Positions 40,285 to 52,028 of a stretch of DNA of 64,000 bases are shown piece after piece. Origin of the DNA: Camelus ferus (Eukaryota). Where the stretch lies: contig NC_045696.1 in NCBI RefSeq assembly GCF_009834535.1, forward strand, positions 61,630,001-61,694,000. Reading direction: 5' to 3'. Both the position numbers and the translations under genes were made by a program. Numbering within the stretch: position 1 is the first letter of the stretch; each line of letters begins with the position of its first letter. The notes below the pieces were generated by a model. That model searched no databases and was not told the origin of the DNA. It was given only the letters and a program-made list of their open reading frames with translations.

Positions 40285-43200
40285 GTGAGTTTTCCTGGGA
40301 ATTCCCAGTTGTCTGTCACACCTGTCCTGACGAGGCTGGGTCCATTTGGAAAGTTGATGGATTGTCAACCAAAGAGGGGAGGGAATGAATGTCTGGATCA
40401 CTCTGTACCCACTTAGCATGATGCCATGTGCAACTTGCTCTTTGATCAAAAGAGATGATGCCTGGGAAAGGCCCTGCCCCACCTGTTTCATACCTGCTAA
40501 AGATAGATGACCCCAGAGATGGGCTGAGGCCAGCTACCTGGAACAAGAACACCTTGTTAAGTATCTGGCTGATGGAGCTCCACTAATGGTCTTGGAATCT
40601 CTGGGTGCGGAATATTAAGGTTGGAAAAGCCCTCCCTCAGAGTCTGTGTGTGAGCCGATAGCAAATGCTTACCCAGCTGTTCTGAAGGGCACACTGTCCA
40701 TGCTGCACCACAGAGCAACATCCCTGAGCTCACTCAGGCCTGTGACCATCCAGGGAGAGACACCTGAGTTTTACCGTTCACCCTCACCAGGGCTTCAGCC
40801 CATATGTGGAAGCAGACTTGGCTCATAACAACTGAACATTCTGTCAAAATTTTCTCCTTTATCTATAGCTCAGTGGCATCAAAAGTCTGCTGAGAAACAC
40901 ACATTTAATGACTGTTCCTTGAGTCCTATTAGATACTAGACACTGGGAAGACAAATTGGATGTCAGGGTCAATACTTACATTCAAAAATGTGTTCTTAAG
41001 GCTGATGAATCTTAAAAACCCAGGTGATCATGGTTCTTAACCACTTTTAGTAACCTCTAACTGCCATGCTAAGTAGACTCCAATGTGGGGTAGAGGGTGT
41101 ACAGTATAAACCAGATCAACTTTAAACCCCAGCCCCACCACCTACTAGCTGGTGACATTGGACCAGTCTGTGCCTCAATTTCCTCGTCTGTAAAATATGT
41201 AGGTAATAATAGTACCAACCAATAATACCATAACACTGGGCTTTTATGATGATACAGTGAGTTAATGTAGGTAAAGCACTCAGGACAGGGCCTTGTATGC
41301 AGTAAGTGCTGTGTGTTTTATCCGTTGTTATTATTGTTGCTAGTCTCTGCTACACAGACTTCTATTATTCATTCACAGAGGCAATGAAAGGTTAACTTCA
41401 CAGTGGCTAATTCAGGAGTCACCAGGCAGAGGAAGAGGAGGGAGTAAAGCTGGAGTACTTTGGCATCTTTAGAGGTTCAGGCTAGACTCCCTGCCTGATC
41501 CTCTGCAGCCCGATGGGCAGGAGTAGGGCCTTGGCTACCAGTGAGATCAGAGCAGATTTCCTGTGCTCTTTTGAACTGAGGGTTGAGAGTTTGAAGGTCC
41601 AGGTACCCTCCAAAGCCCCCCTTGAATCAGTCATGCGGTGTTATCATGAAGTGGATGTGGTAAGCTTTCTCGGGCCCTGACGGCCATATGGTCTTTCTGC
41701 AGTACTTCAGTGGGGCTGCAGGAATTGCAGAGATGTGTCCCCTCCTACCCTCAACTGCAGCAACTCTGGTGAAAAAGGGTTTTATGTAGCTTGAGGAAAG
41801 CCCCTAACCACAACATTGTCCAGAGAGTCCCTGCCGGGGGAAGACCAACACTTACTCAAGTAAGGATATACATCTTGTTCCTGCATGGGTAGATTCAGTT
41901 TTGTAAAGATATCAGTCCATCCCCAGATTACTCCATGATTGTAATAGGATCCCAATCAAAACACCAAAGATTTTTCTGAGGGGGTAAGAGGAGGTCTAGA
42001 AGGAGCTAGACAAATTCATTCTAACATTCATCTGTAAATTAGAAATAACTCAAATGCTCAACAATGGGAGATTAATTAATTAGAGCATGCTAATAATCAT
42101 TATAGCTAACATTTAGTAAGCATTTACGTGGCAGATTCTATGTTAAGTGTCTTACATAAACAATCACACTGAATCCTCAAAAGAAAACCTGTGAGAAAAT
42201 TACAAGTATAACTTCCATTTTACAGGTGCAGTAATGAAGGTCGCTACAGGTTAGGTACCAGTCCAAGGTCACCCATTTGATAGAAAGCAGAATCAAGATA
42301 GGCTGACCCTAGAGATCTTGCTCTTAACCACTCTGCTGTTCATGCAATGAACTAACATACAGTTGCTAAAAAGAATGTGACCAAATTTAATTTTATTGAC
42401 AAGTCAGTATGTCTATCACATGTTATTAATGGGGAATGGGGAAGAGTAGATTACTGAACAGTTTGTAGAGTGCAATCTGATTTAAAAAAAATTTTAAGGT
42501 AGATAACAGGAAAGAGTCCAGAAGAGATATAACAAAACGATAGCATTTCTTTGAAGGAGAGGCTGAGGTTACCGAATAGTTTAATTTTCTGTATTTCGAT
42601 AATGTATCAATTTTTAATTATGAGAAGATTTATTTCAATAATCAGATAAAGAACTGGGGGTTCCAAGAGGTTAATTTTTTGCCCAGAGTCCAAAGCTAAT
42701 AAGTTGCAGGCTTGAGTCTGTCATCTCTCCAAAGCTGTACTTCTTCCTCTCTCTCTCAGGATTTTCTCCCCTGTCCCACTACTCCATTTGCCCCCTGGGA
42801 TTGGGCCCACAATTTTAGGCAAACACTGACCTTGTCCTGCTGAGCAGTCTGTGGAAAGGTATGCCATTGGCTCTTCTGTCTTATCACTTAAAACCCTTTT
42901 CCTGGACACCAAAGGAATATCAGGTGGCTGGTTGTTTTTGCCAATCTTGTAAAAACTGGGCTGAGTTAAAATATCCTGAGGCTTATTTGATTTCTGCAGT
43001 GAGACCAGACCCATCCTTCCTGCCTCCTTACACCACACAATCGTAGCAGAATGGCATTCAGGAAAAGCACTGAATTGGGCAATAAGAGCTCTGGGCTCCG
43101 GTCCCAGCTCTGTCATTGGCTCTTCACTTGTCTTCTCTAGACCTCACTTTACTTCTCTGTAAAATTCAGGGTAGTAATGAGCGATCAGGTCCTTTCGAGC

Positions 43201-43773
43201 TGTAATATTTATCAATCCAAAATATGGTGGAGCCTCCCCGGCAGAATTCCTTTAGGTGAAATGAAGATGCCACAGCGCCGCTGGTTCTCAGCATCCCTGC
43301 TAAACACACAGGTGTTAGGACAATGGCGATAACACTGCAATAGCGACCGTCTGCATGAACGGTCACCGTGTGCCAGGCACTGTGCAGCCTCTTTCCTAAT
43401 TTCACTACAGTCCTCTGAAGTAGGGACTCTCTTAATTTTCATTTTTCAGGCAAAATAACCAGATTTAGGCTAAATTATTTGCCCAAGGTCACGCAGAGGT
43501 GGAATTCAAACCCAGGTAGAGACCTGGTCCTCAGTCTCCCCCTGTAGTTAAAACCAAACTGCAAGTACAATGGTCAACACTCAGCACCCCATGGACAGGT
43601 GCTCAGATCTTTCCGAACACGCTGTGTATTCTGAGTGAGGCCTGGAGCATTCAGTGAGGCTCTAGAGCCCTCCCAACGGTTGCAGGAAAAGTCTGATGAG
43701 GAACTAAGTTTCTGTGCATAACCTCTGCCTCAGAGGCCCCCCTCCCTGCTGACCAATGTGTTTCTGGCCCTAG

Positions 43774-45744
43774 CTGGATGGAGTCGCTGACTGTCGAGGG
43801 CAGAACCTTGCCTCAGTGCCCAGCAATCTCCCGCCCTACTCCCAGACGCTCATCCTGGATGCCAACCCTCTCAAGACCCTGTGGAACCGCTCCCTGCAGC
43901 GTTACCCTCTCCTGGAGAGCCTCAGTTTTCACAGCTGCCACCTGGAGCACATCAGCCGCGCCGCCTTCCAGGAGCAGGTGCACCTGCGCAGCCTAGCGCT
44001 GCCCGACAACTCCCTCTCGGAGAGCTACCAGGAGGCCGCAGCTGCTCTCCGCGGCCCGCGGGCTCTGCGGAGGCTGGACTTGTCGGGGAACTCCCTGACA
44101 GAAGACATGGTGGCCCTCATGCTCCAGAACCTCTCTTCTCTGGAGTCTGTGTCCCTGGCAAGGAACACCATCATGAGGCTTGACGACTCCGTGTTTGAGG
44201 GCCTGGGGCGCCTCAGGGAGCTGGATCTGCAGAGGAACTACATCTTTGAGATTGAGGGTGGTGCTTTCGACAGCTTGACGGAGCTGAGGCACCTCAACCT
44301 GGCCTATAATAACCTCCCTTGCATTGTGGACTTCGGTCTCACACAGCTCCAGTTCCTCAACGTCAGCTACAATGCCCTGGAGTGGTTCCTGGCATCGGGG
44401 GGAGAGGCTGCCTTTGAGCTGGAGACGCTGGACCTCTCTCATAATCAGCTGCTGTTTTTCCCCCTCCTGCCCCAGTGCGGCAAGCTGCACACCCTCCTGC
44501 TGCGGGACAACAACATGGGCTTCTACAGGGACCTGTACAACACCTCGTCGAGGCAGGAGATGGTGGCCCAGTTCCTCCTTGTGGACGGCAACGTGACCAA
44601 CATCACCACCGTCAGCCTCTGGGAAGAGTTTGCTTCCAGTAACCTCTCAGATCTCCGCTTCCTGGATATGAGCCAGAACCAGTTCCAGTACCTGCCTGAG
44701 GGCTTCCTAAAGAAAATGCCTTCCCTCTCCCACCTGAACCTCAACCAGAATTGCCTGATGACGCTCCACATTCGGGAGCATGAGCCGCCAGGAGCACTCA
44801 CAGAGCTGGACCTGAGCCAGAACCAGCTGTCGGAGCTACACTTGGCTCCGGGGCTCCCCGGCTGCCTGAGGAGCCTCCGGTCCTTCAATCTGAGCTCCAA
44901 CCAGCTCCTGGGTGTCCCCACAGGCCTTTTTGCTGATGCCAGTAACCTCACTACAATTGACATGAGCCACAATCAGATCTCACTTTGTCCCCAGCCGGCG
45001 GGCTTAGACCCCGGGGGCGGCCCTGCCTGTGTGGATTTCAGAAACATGGCATCTTTGAGGAGCCTGTCCCTGGAGGGCTGTGGGCTGGGGGCACTACAAG
45101 ACTGCTCATTCCAGGGGACCGCCCTCACCCACCTAGACCTGTCTGGCAACTGGAGGGTTCTGAACGGGAGCATCGCTCCTCTCTGGGACACTGCCCCCAC
45201 GTTACAGGTCCTGTCTCTCAGGGATGTGGGCCTCGGTTCCAGCCTCACAGAGTTGGACTTCTCTGGGTTTGGGAGTCTGAGGGACTTGGATCTGTCGGGA
45301 AATGCCTTGACCAGTTTCCCAACGTTGCGGGGCAGCCTGGCCCTGCAGACCCTGGATCTCCGCAGAAACTTGCTCACAGCCCTTCCGCAGAGGGCTGTGT
45401 CTGAGCAGCTCACAAGAAGTCTGCGGACTGTCTACCTCAGTCAGAATCCTTATGACTGCTGTGGGGTGGAGGGCTGGGCGGCCCTGCAGCGCCTGCACAC
45501 TGTCGCCGACTCAGCCATGGTCACTTGCAACCTCTCCTCCAGGGTCATTCACCTGACAGAGCTGCCTGGGGGCATTCCTCAGGACTGTAAGTGGGAGCGG
45601 GTGGACATGGGCCTGCTGTACCTTGTGCTCATTCTTCCTAGCTGCCTCACCCTGCTGGTGGCCTGCACCATCATCTTCCTCACTTTCAGGAAGCCTCTGC
45701 TTCAGGTAATCAAGAGCCGCTGCCACTGGTCCTCCGTATACTGA
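43774..45744 (+). CDS. NRROS: NRROS/LRRC33 (TGF-beta1 anchor protein) last coding exon, 656 codons plus stop; spliced protein is 692 aa
   Basis: TAG acceptor at 43771-43773. The exon opens in phase 0 ([20 protein letters not shown]), in frame with the 642-aa ORF. Many LxxLxLSxN leucine-rich repeats, LRRCT motif NPYDCC, TM helix [25 protein letters not shown] and tail [10 protein letters not shown], all typical of NRROS. Confidence 0.98.
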   Translation: MDGVADCRGQNLASVPSNLPPYSQTLILDANPLKTLWNRSLQRYPLLESLSFHSCHLEHISRAAFQEQVHLRSLALPDNSLSESYQEAAAALRGPRALRRLDLSGNSLTEDMVALMLQNLSSLESVSLARNTIMRLDDSVFEGLGRLRELDLQRNYIFEIEGGAFDSLTELRHLNLAYNNLPCIVDFGLTQLQFLNVSYNALEWFLASGGEAAFELETLDLSHNQLLFFPLLPQCGKLHTLLLRDNNMGFYRDLYNTSSRQEMVAQFLLVDGNVTNITTVSLWEEFASSNLSDLRFLDMSQNQFQYLPEGFLKKMPSLSHLNLNQNCLMTLHIREHEPPGALTELDLSQNQLSELHLAPGLPGCLRSLRSFNLSSNQLLGVPTGLFADASNLTTIDMSHNQISLCPQPAGLDPGGGPACVDFRNMASLRSLSLEGCGLGALQDCSFQGTALTHLDLSGNWRVLNGSIAPLWDTAPTLQVLSLRDVGLGSSLTELDFSGFGSLRDLDLSGNALTSFPTLRGSLALQTLDLRRNLLTALPQRAVSEQLTRSLRTVYLSQNPYDCCGVEGWAALQRLHTVADSAMVTCNLSSRVIHLTELPGGIPQDCKWERVDMGLLYLVLILPSCLTLLVACTIIFLTFRKPLLQVIKSRCHWSSVY

Positions 45745-46005
45745 CCTGGCTATGTGCCCACACTAGACACCTGGGCTGGGTGGGTCAGGACACTTTCTCT
45801 GCCAGATTTCAAGGCCTGATGCCAAGGGCAAGTCTGATGAATTCAGGTTTAAATTAAATTGTTAAAAGTTTCCATCCTTCAGTTGTCCCCTGTGCTTCCT
45901 CCATCATTGTGATGTATCCTCATCATCCTGGTAAAATATTTATTAAGTGATATTCTGTGAAAATTTAAAAACATGTCTTATAAATATTTTTTTAAGCCTA
46001 ACACA
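45745..46005 (+). other. NRROS: NRROS 3' UTR; polyadenylation probably by a variant hexamer
   Basis: No AATAAA seen nearby. ATTAAA at 45853-45858 and TATAAA at 45979-45984, followed by a GU/U-rich tract at about 46008-46042. Confidence 0.55.
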
Positions 46006-46699
46006 GCGGTGTTTTTTCTTTCTTTAATGTTTTTTGGTAGTTTCACTTAGATTATTTTTCAGTGCCCTTCCCTTGGTGACATCCATGGAGCTGGTGAGAA
46101 AGGGTGGTGATTCAGCGCTACCCGTCAGCCAAAAAAAACTCCAAGAGCATATCCTCTGGATGCAAGTCAGTGCCCTGAGGGTTCCCCAAGGACAAGTCTT
46201 TCAGAGCCTGGCTGGGGAATCTGAGACAGGAGCACTGGCCTGTCGTGGCTTGCATTGCTGCTGTGGCCGGAGTGGGCCTGCGGCAGGGTCCTCTCTGGGT
46301 GCCCTGGGATCATGCCTGGAGCCTCTGGCAGGTGAACAGGACCCTTCCATGGAAAAGTTCAGAGAACAATAGCTGGGCCCTGAGTTTATTTATGAGGTAA
46401 CTGAACACCAGGCACAGTCCTTGTTCTGAGGGAAAGTGAAGAGGAATGCGGAAAGGAGTGAATCCTGCTAACTCATGAGTTACCCCTACTCTCCACAAAA
46501 CCCAGACAACTTCTTAGCAGATGATCAGTATCTCTACTCACTACTCCCTCCCTCTCCCTCCCCTCAGTGAACAATTTCTGGGCTCTTCTCTGGGGGAAAG
46601 ATCATAAAGTCACAGACCTTGCCCTGTCATAGTTGAGAATTTACACTGTCCTTGCACTCTTTATCCCTGCTTTTTAAATCATAAAGGGACTAAATGCAG

Positions 46700-46744
46700 T
46701 GGTGGTGGTGGTGGTGGTGGTGGTGTGGGGAGTGGGGAGAGGGT
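46700..46744. repeat. (GGT)n microsatellite running into a G-rich tract
   Basis: Direct reading of the sequence. Confidence 0.9.
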
Positions 46745-48669
46745 AGAAATCCCACAAACTGATTACTATTACCATCAAAAAGAAATGTCAGCAGAAATGC
46801 TCAGGCAAATCAAAGAGATAAAATCAGTGGTCTTACTTTGACAAAGCAGAAACTTCCCTTGGATGCACTACAAGTGTATAAACAAGGCCGTTTCAGCAAG
46901 CTTCCTCACTCAGTAGCATCAGCCTCAGCCCATGTTAGCTACTACCCTTATTGTACCTTCATCTTTCCTGTCCACATATCTCTCTCCATCCTGCACTGCC
47001 CCAGCCTAGTGCCTTGAATGTGTGTCCCTCAGACTGCCTTGAAGCCTCTGTCCAGTGTCCTTCTGGGGAAGCCCCATCAGCTAATGTCCGTAAGGCCAGA
47101 CTCTCCAGATTTCCTCCCCCTCAACAAAACTCTTTCCTGGGGTCCTACTGTTTCCCAGGGTGGCAACTAATGAATTAGACAAACGCATCTCTCTGTGGCT
47201 GGTACATTTAAGGCTTCTCTTGAGTGAACGTATCACCCCTGGAGTCATCCCTTGGGTGTTCTTAGTTTCCTGCATCTAAGGATGTCTGGTTTAAGCAGTG
47301 TGGGGATTTAGTAGAAGGATACTGGGAAGTTCTAGACTCTCTGGGCTGAGGAACAGACTTTAATAATGAGCAGGATCAGGAGATGCTACACAGCAGTGGA
47401 GGCCACAGCCCAAGTAATGCCATAGACAATAATTCTGAGAACATGATGGCAGCCACCCCCTACTGCTGGATACCACAGTTTGCACGGCTGCCATGACAGC
47501 TTGGGTCAGGGCCACTGCCACAGGGATCACCGCCACTGCTGCCACCCACTACCAAAATAAACACTGTCCCAAATTCTGCCATCTTGTGTCACTAGCGCTC
47601 AGTGTCCGGTCTGGAGCAAGTGGACCTGGTTGGTTGGTCTTAGGACCCTGCCCTGGCAACAGAAAATGGGCTCTACTTCCTATAAATACTCATAAGGTGT
47701 GAAATTCTCAAAACAGGAAGGGAAGTTCGATGTTGAGAAGACAAAAAGAAACACAAATGTGCACCACACCCTTTTAAGCAGCAGGTACATTTTAGCAGAG
47801 GACTTCTTGAAATAAACTCTTTGCATAAAGAAATGACTCAAATGATGAAAACTTCAGACAGACCCTCAGGCCAGCAAAGGAGATAGTTTGGGGTCAGGCA
47901 AGCCTTTTGAAGCCCCTCCAGTCACACCTTGTAGCTCACCACCCACTCTGCCTGTTCTGAGGGCCTAGCCTTGCAGAATGGCAAATTGAGAAGCCCTTAG
48001 GACAAAGCCCAACCCCTGCCTGGGGCAGGGACTTCAGAAGGCTGAGCTTTTCTTAGTCTGTTAGTCCATCACTAGGGTCCAATGGACTATTTCCCAGCTT
48101 TCTTATTGTGTGGTAGGAAGAATGGTAACAGCAGGTAGATTTTTGCCTCCAGTCCTGAGCTGGAGTTTCTCCAACAAACTCTGTACCATTGCCCTGCTTG
48201 TCCCCCCACCCCTTGCCACCTCCACATGCAGGAGAAGAGTGCACTCTGATGTCCACTCTGTGGGTGCTAAAGGGGGGTCCACAGAGCCTGTTCCCAGATC
48301 TCCCTGGGGGTACTAGCGTGCTGTCTGCCTAAGGCCTCCCATATAGCCAGACTGAGCACCAACTGGTTTTTCCTCAGTGGGTGGGAAGTGGGGGCCACCC
48401 CCAGGTGCCACAAGCCAGTATATTCAGACAGGAAAATATTCGGAATCAAAGATAAATAATGTTAGAGACTGGACTGTTACCATGAGTAACAATTGTTCAG
48501 ATATTGAAAATCCAGTCACAAAACAAAAGCTGAAGGTTTCTCTAGAAGCACAAAATAAGTTATTAGGGGTCAACTGATTTTTTAGGACCCCAGCTGCAAG
48601 AATTGGATAAACTATAATCCTTGGTTCATATCACTGGTCATCTTTGGTCACCCTTGACCCATGCATGGC

Positions 48670-49165
48670 CCACTTTTATTTACTTAATGTACCAGATACC
48701 TTCCTCTGGCCCCTCCAGATCTGTTCTCTGCCCTTCTCTGTCCTGCCCCAGGAGGCTGACTGCAATGGGCTCCCTTGCCCTCTGGCTTCCAATTGCATTT
48801 GGCTGAGAAGGAGCCTTTGCAGATCAGAGAGGAGGAGGAAAGGAGCCAGGGTGCTCATTCTCCTGACTCCTCCCTCTGGATTTGTCTCCAGCTGGCTGCA
48901 CTCATAACCAAAGGTCACATTCCTCTCAAGGTGGCCCTTTCTACACAAAACTCTGCCTTGGGGTTCTAGGAAACACTCCAGAGGTTCCTCCTTTCTGGGC
49001 ATAGGGACAGGGAACAGCTCTGTCATTACCAGCCCCATGTAACTGCATTATCCCTTGCGGTTTGCTTTTCCCTACCATCCCCCTTGTAAACAGTCCATTT
49101 ATAAATCTTCGTAGAGTGTATCCTTGTTTGAATGTAATTCCTATCGGTTCCTGCTGGGACCGTAA
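48670..49165 (+). mobile_element. ERVL LTR (LTR33-like)
   Basis: 'ctcccttgccctctggcttccaattgcatttggc...ccccttgtaaacagtccatttataaatc...ttcctgctgggacc'. Confidence 0.75.
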
Positions 49166-50853
49166 GTGAGTTGGTTGTTTATTCAGTAATACTGAGCCAG
49201 AGAAATCCTGGTATTTGTATCAGGGCACCACAGATGGCTAAGAATGCAGCCAGAGATATACAGGCAAATCCCCCGGAGATGGTTGTCCCTCTGATTCACT
49301 GTGGGCAGACATGAGGAAGAGGCTGGACGTGAATAAGATGGCACACCTCATCTCACTAGCAATGGTATATTTAAGTGTAACCCAAGTTGGAGAGGGAGAA
49401 GAGTCCTGCCTTGGAGACTTTCTTTAAGAGTGTGAGTATTGTGATGGCATGGGGCCAAAGGAAACAGACAAGGGGTTGGGAAAAAGTGTTACAAAGAAAA
49501 GAAAAAGAAAAATACTCCTCACTAATCAGTCTTGTCTTCTATTCCATCCTCATCAACAATCACCAAGCACTTATTTTGTGCTAAGTGCTTTATATGGAAT
49601 ATTTCACTTAATTTGGGAAAACCGTAGGCTGAGAGCAGTTCAGATTCGCCCAAGGTCACAGAGAACTGTGGTAAAGACGTGACCATTAGGCTGAAGAAGA
49701 GAAAGCAGCTTCAGCAACTTGATTATCTTTATCAAGTCTACCCAACCGTCAACCTGTAGCAATCTATAGTGGTTACTGAACAGCACATGTTTGCTGATTA
49801 AATGGTAAATATGGAAAGGTTCATATGGGGCACAGGTGAGCAAGTCCAGAGTAGCTGAATGTCACCCAGGCTGTTCTGAAAGCAGTGGCACAGTTTGGTG
49901 ATAGCTTGGAGGTAATCTACAACAGAGGACTCACACTCAATTTCTTCTTCCTTCAGCCATGCAGCAGCTTCCTGCTCAACAGTGAAGACAAAAGGCTGGT
50001 GCAAAAGGATTCTGATTTTCATCATGATTTGAAAGGCTTATTGTGGGTGAGGAAACTGATCAGGGAAACTCTGTTGCCCAGGGAAGACACTGTTTCTGTG
50101 ATAACTAAGTTTTTCAGATGGAGAGCCCAACTTTTAAAGATGTATTTTCTCTGGAAAGAAAAATTAGGATAAACCTAATAGACCAGTAGACCTAGTACTC
50201 AGAGACTTATGAGTTGTTAACATACTGACCCATTCACTCCAGGATGTCTGAGAGCTCAGGCAGCTCTTGGTTTCAGCGTTAGCTACCAGGAATGGTGGAC
50301 GAGGGCCAGCTGAGCCCGGGGAGAGTCGCAACGTGCAGACCTCCACACTCCAGATGGAGTCTCCTTCAAATTACACTTCCCAGTGCTCCTTAAAAACTGT
50401 CTTTAGTGATGACTCTCAAGAGCTGCTTGTGTCTTTCACTCACATCCTAGACACGGCTCTTGTTTTCACTGTCCCATCTTCAGGGGAGAGCAATGACTGT
50501 GCTCAGCTGCTTTTTGGCTGTTCTTGGTCCTATGGTACTTAGTCCTCAGGCACTTAGTCTTGCACTCCCACCACCTCTAGAACCGTCCATATGGAAAATG
50601 TGGAAAACTAGATCCCAAACTTCAGTTATATTTAACTCTTACCATTGGATACACTAAGTTGGTAAAAAAAAGCATTCCCCCTCTCTCTTGCTTATTTCAA
50701 GGGTGTTTGGCTTATAAAGGGCAGCATAACAAACCATTTTCCATGTAAGAACATGCATAGCAACACAGATATGTACTGAGTCTGAATCACAATGATTCAT
50801 GCTTAGTTAACTTTAGACAACAGTATCTCACGTTTCTGAAACTGAGAGAAGTT

Positions 50854-52028
50854 TCTTGCAGAGTCTCAAAATCGACAAGCGGTATTAGCAGAGAACAGTT
50901 TGAAGATGGTCTTTCCTGCGGAGCTCAAAAAATCATGATCAGAGTGGTGGGCATGGGGAAGGTACATGGCCCAACCAAATTTTAATGGGGATAAAATTGG
51001 CTTGAACACAGAAGTGGTCTCAATAGCACAACCCCGAAGGAGCCTTTGAGGCTCCTAGGGGGAAGTAAGCCACGATGGGAGGCACGGGGAGTGGGGAGGA
51101 GGGTCATGCTTTCTGGAGGGTGGGTGTGTTTCTTTCTTTTCCGGCTACTGTTATCAATGTGGTGAGCACATCCCTTCAGCTGAATGCCCTGGAGAGGAAG
51201 CCCAGGGCTTCCTGTTGTCTCACCAGTGCTGCAAAATGCAAGTTAGAAATAAAGAAGAGGGGGAAAAGAGGGGGAAAGTGGGAAGCTCCTCCAGGTAGGT
51301 CAGGGATGCCAGCCTCCAGGAGAAAACCCAGCTCATGTTTTCCTGGAGATGTCATGGTGAAGGCGCGTCCCAGATGTCTGCTGTTTCTCAAATAACTGAG
51401 GAGCCAGAAAATAATCTCTCTAGAAAAAGGACATTTTTGAGAAACAGCAGAATAGACAGCAGAGTTGATCTTGAAAGGAAGATTAAGGAAATACATATAG
51501 ATACTGCCAAAGAAATCTACTTTTCCCTTGCTTAATGCCCTTAAAATTCTTCTGTTTGTGAGGCTCTACCCCAAAGTTTTGGAGTATTGGAAAGAGTCAT
51601 TTAAATATCAGGATCTGTTTTTATTTTGCAGCTATGAGCTCTAGCTATCTGTGAGATACTTCACGAGATTTAGCTGAAATAACATCCTGGCCCTCGGCGG
51701 AGGGCACACAGGTGGTGCCAAAAGATTGCCATATATTTACATATTTATTTGTGGCACCATAATCAGTATAAATACTTACATGTATTTATTTATATCACCC
51801 GTAAGTTACCACAATAAAATAACCTCCCCTCCCCTTGCCTTTTAGGGGCCAACTTTTTTCTTCTATTCTTCAAAAGGCCAATTTTATCCCCTTTGAAATT
51901 TGATTTGGCCATGAACCTTCCCCACATCCTCCTCTTAGAAAACATTTTTTGGAGATCTGTGGGCAAGGCTGTTTTCAAACTGCAATCTGCTAATGCCACC
52001 TTGCCTAAGATTTTGAGAATCTGCAAGA
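50854..52028. repeat. Imperfect long inverted repeat (arms 50854-51003 and 51874-52028)
   Basis: Arm 1 'tcttgcagagtctcaaaatc...ggggaaggtacatggcccaaccaaattttaatggggataaaattggc' aligns to the reverse complement of arm 2, 'tcttgcagattctcaaaatc...ggggaaggttcatggccaaatcaaatttcaaaggggataaaattggc'. Confidence 0.85.

Noticed and set aside
43881..45726. Long antisense and alternative-frame ORFs (up to 165 aa) overlapping NRROS exon 3
   Set aside because: Shadow ORFs expected from a GC-rich, Leu-codon-biased LRR exon; no independent gene signals.
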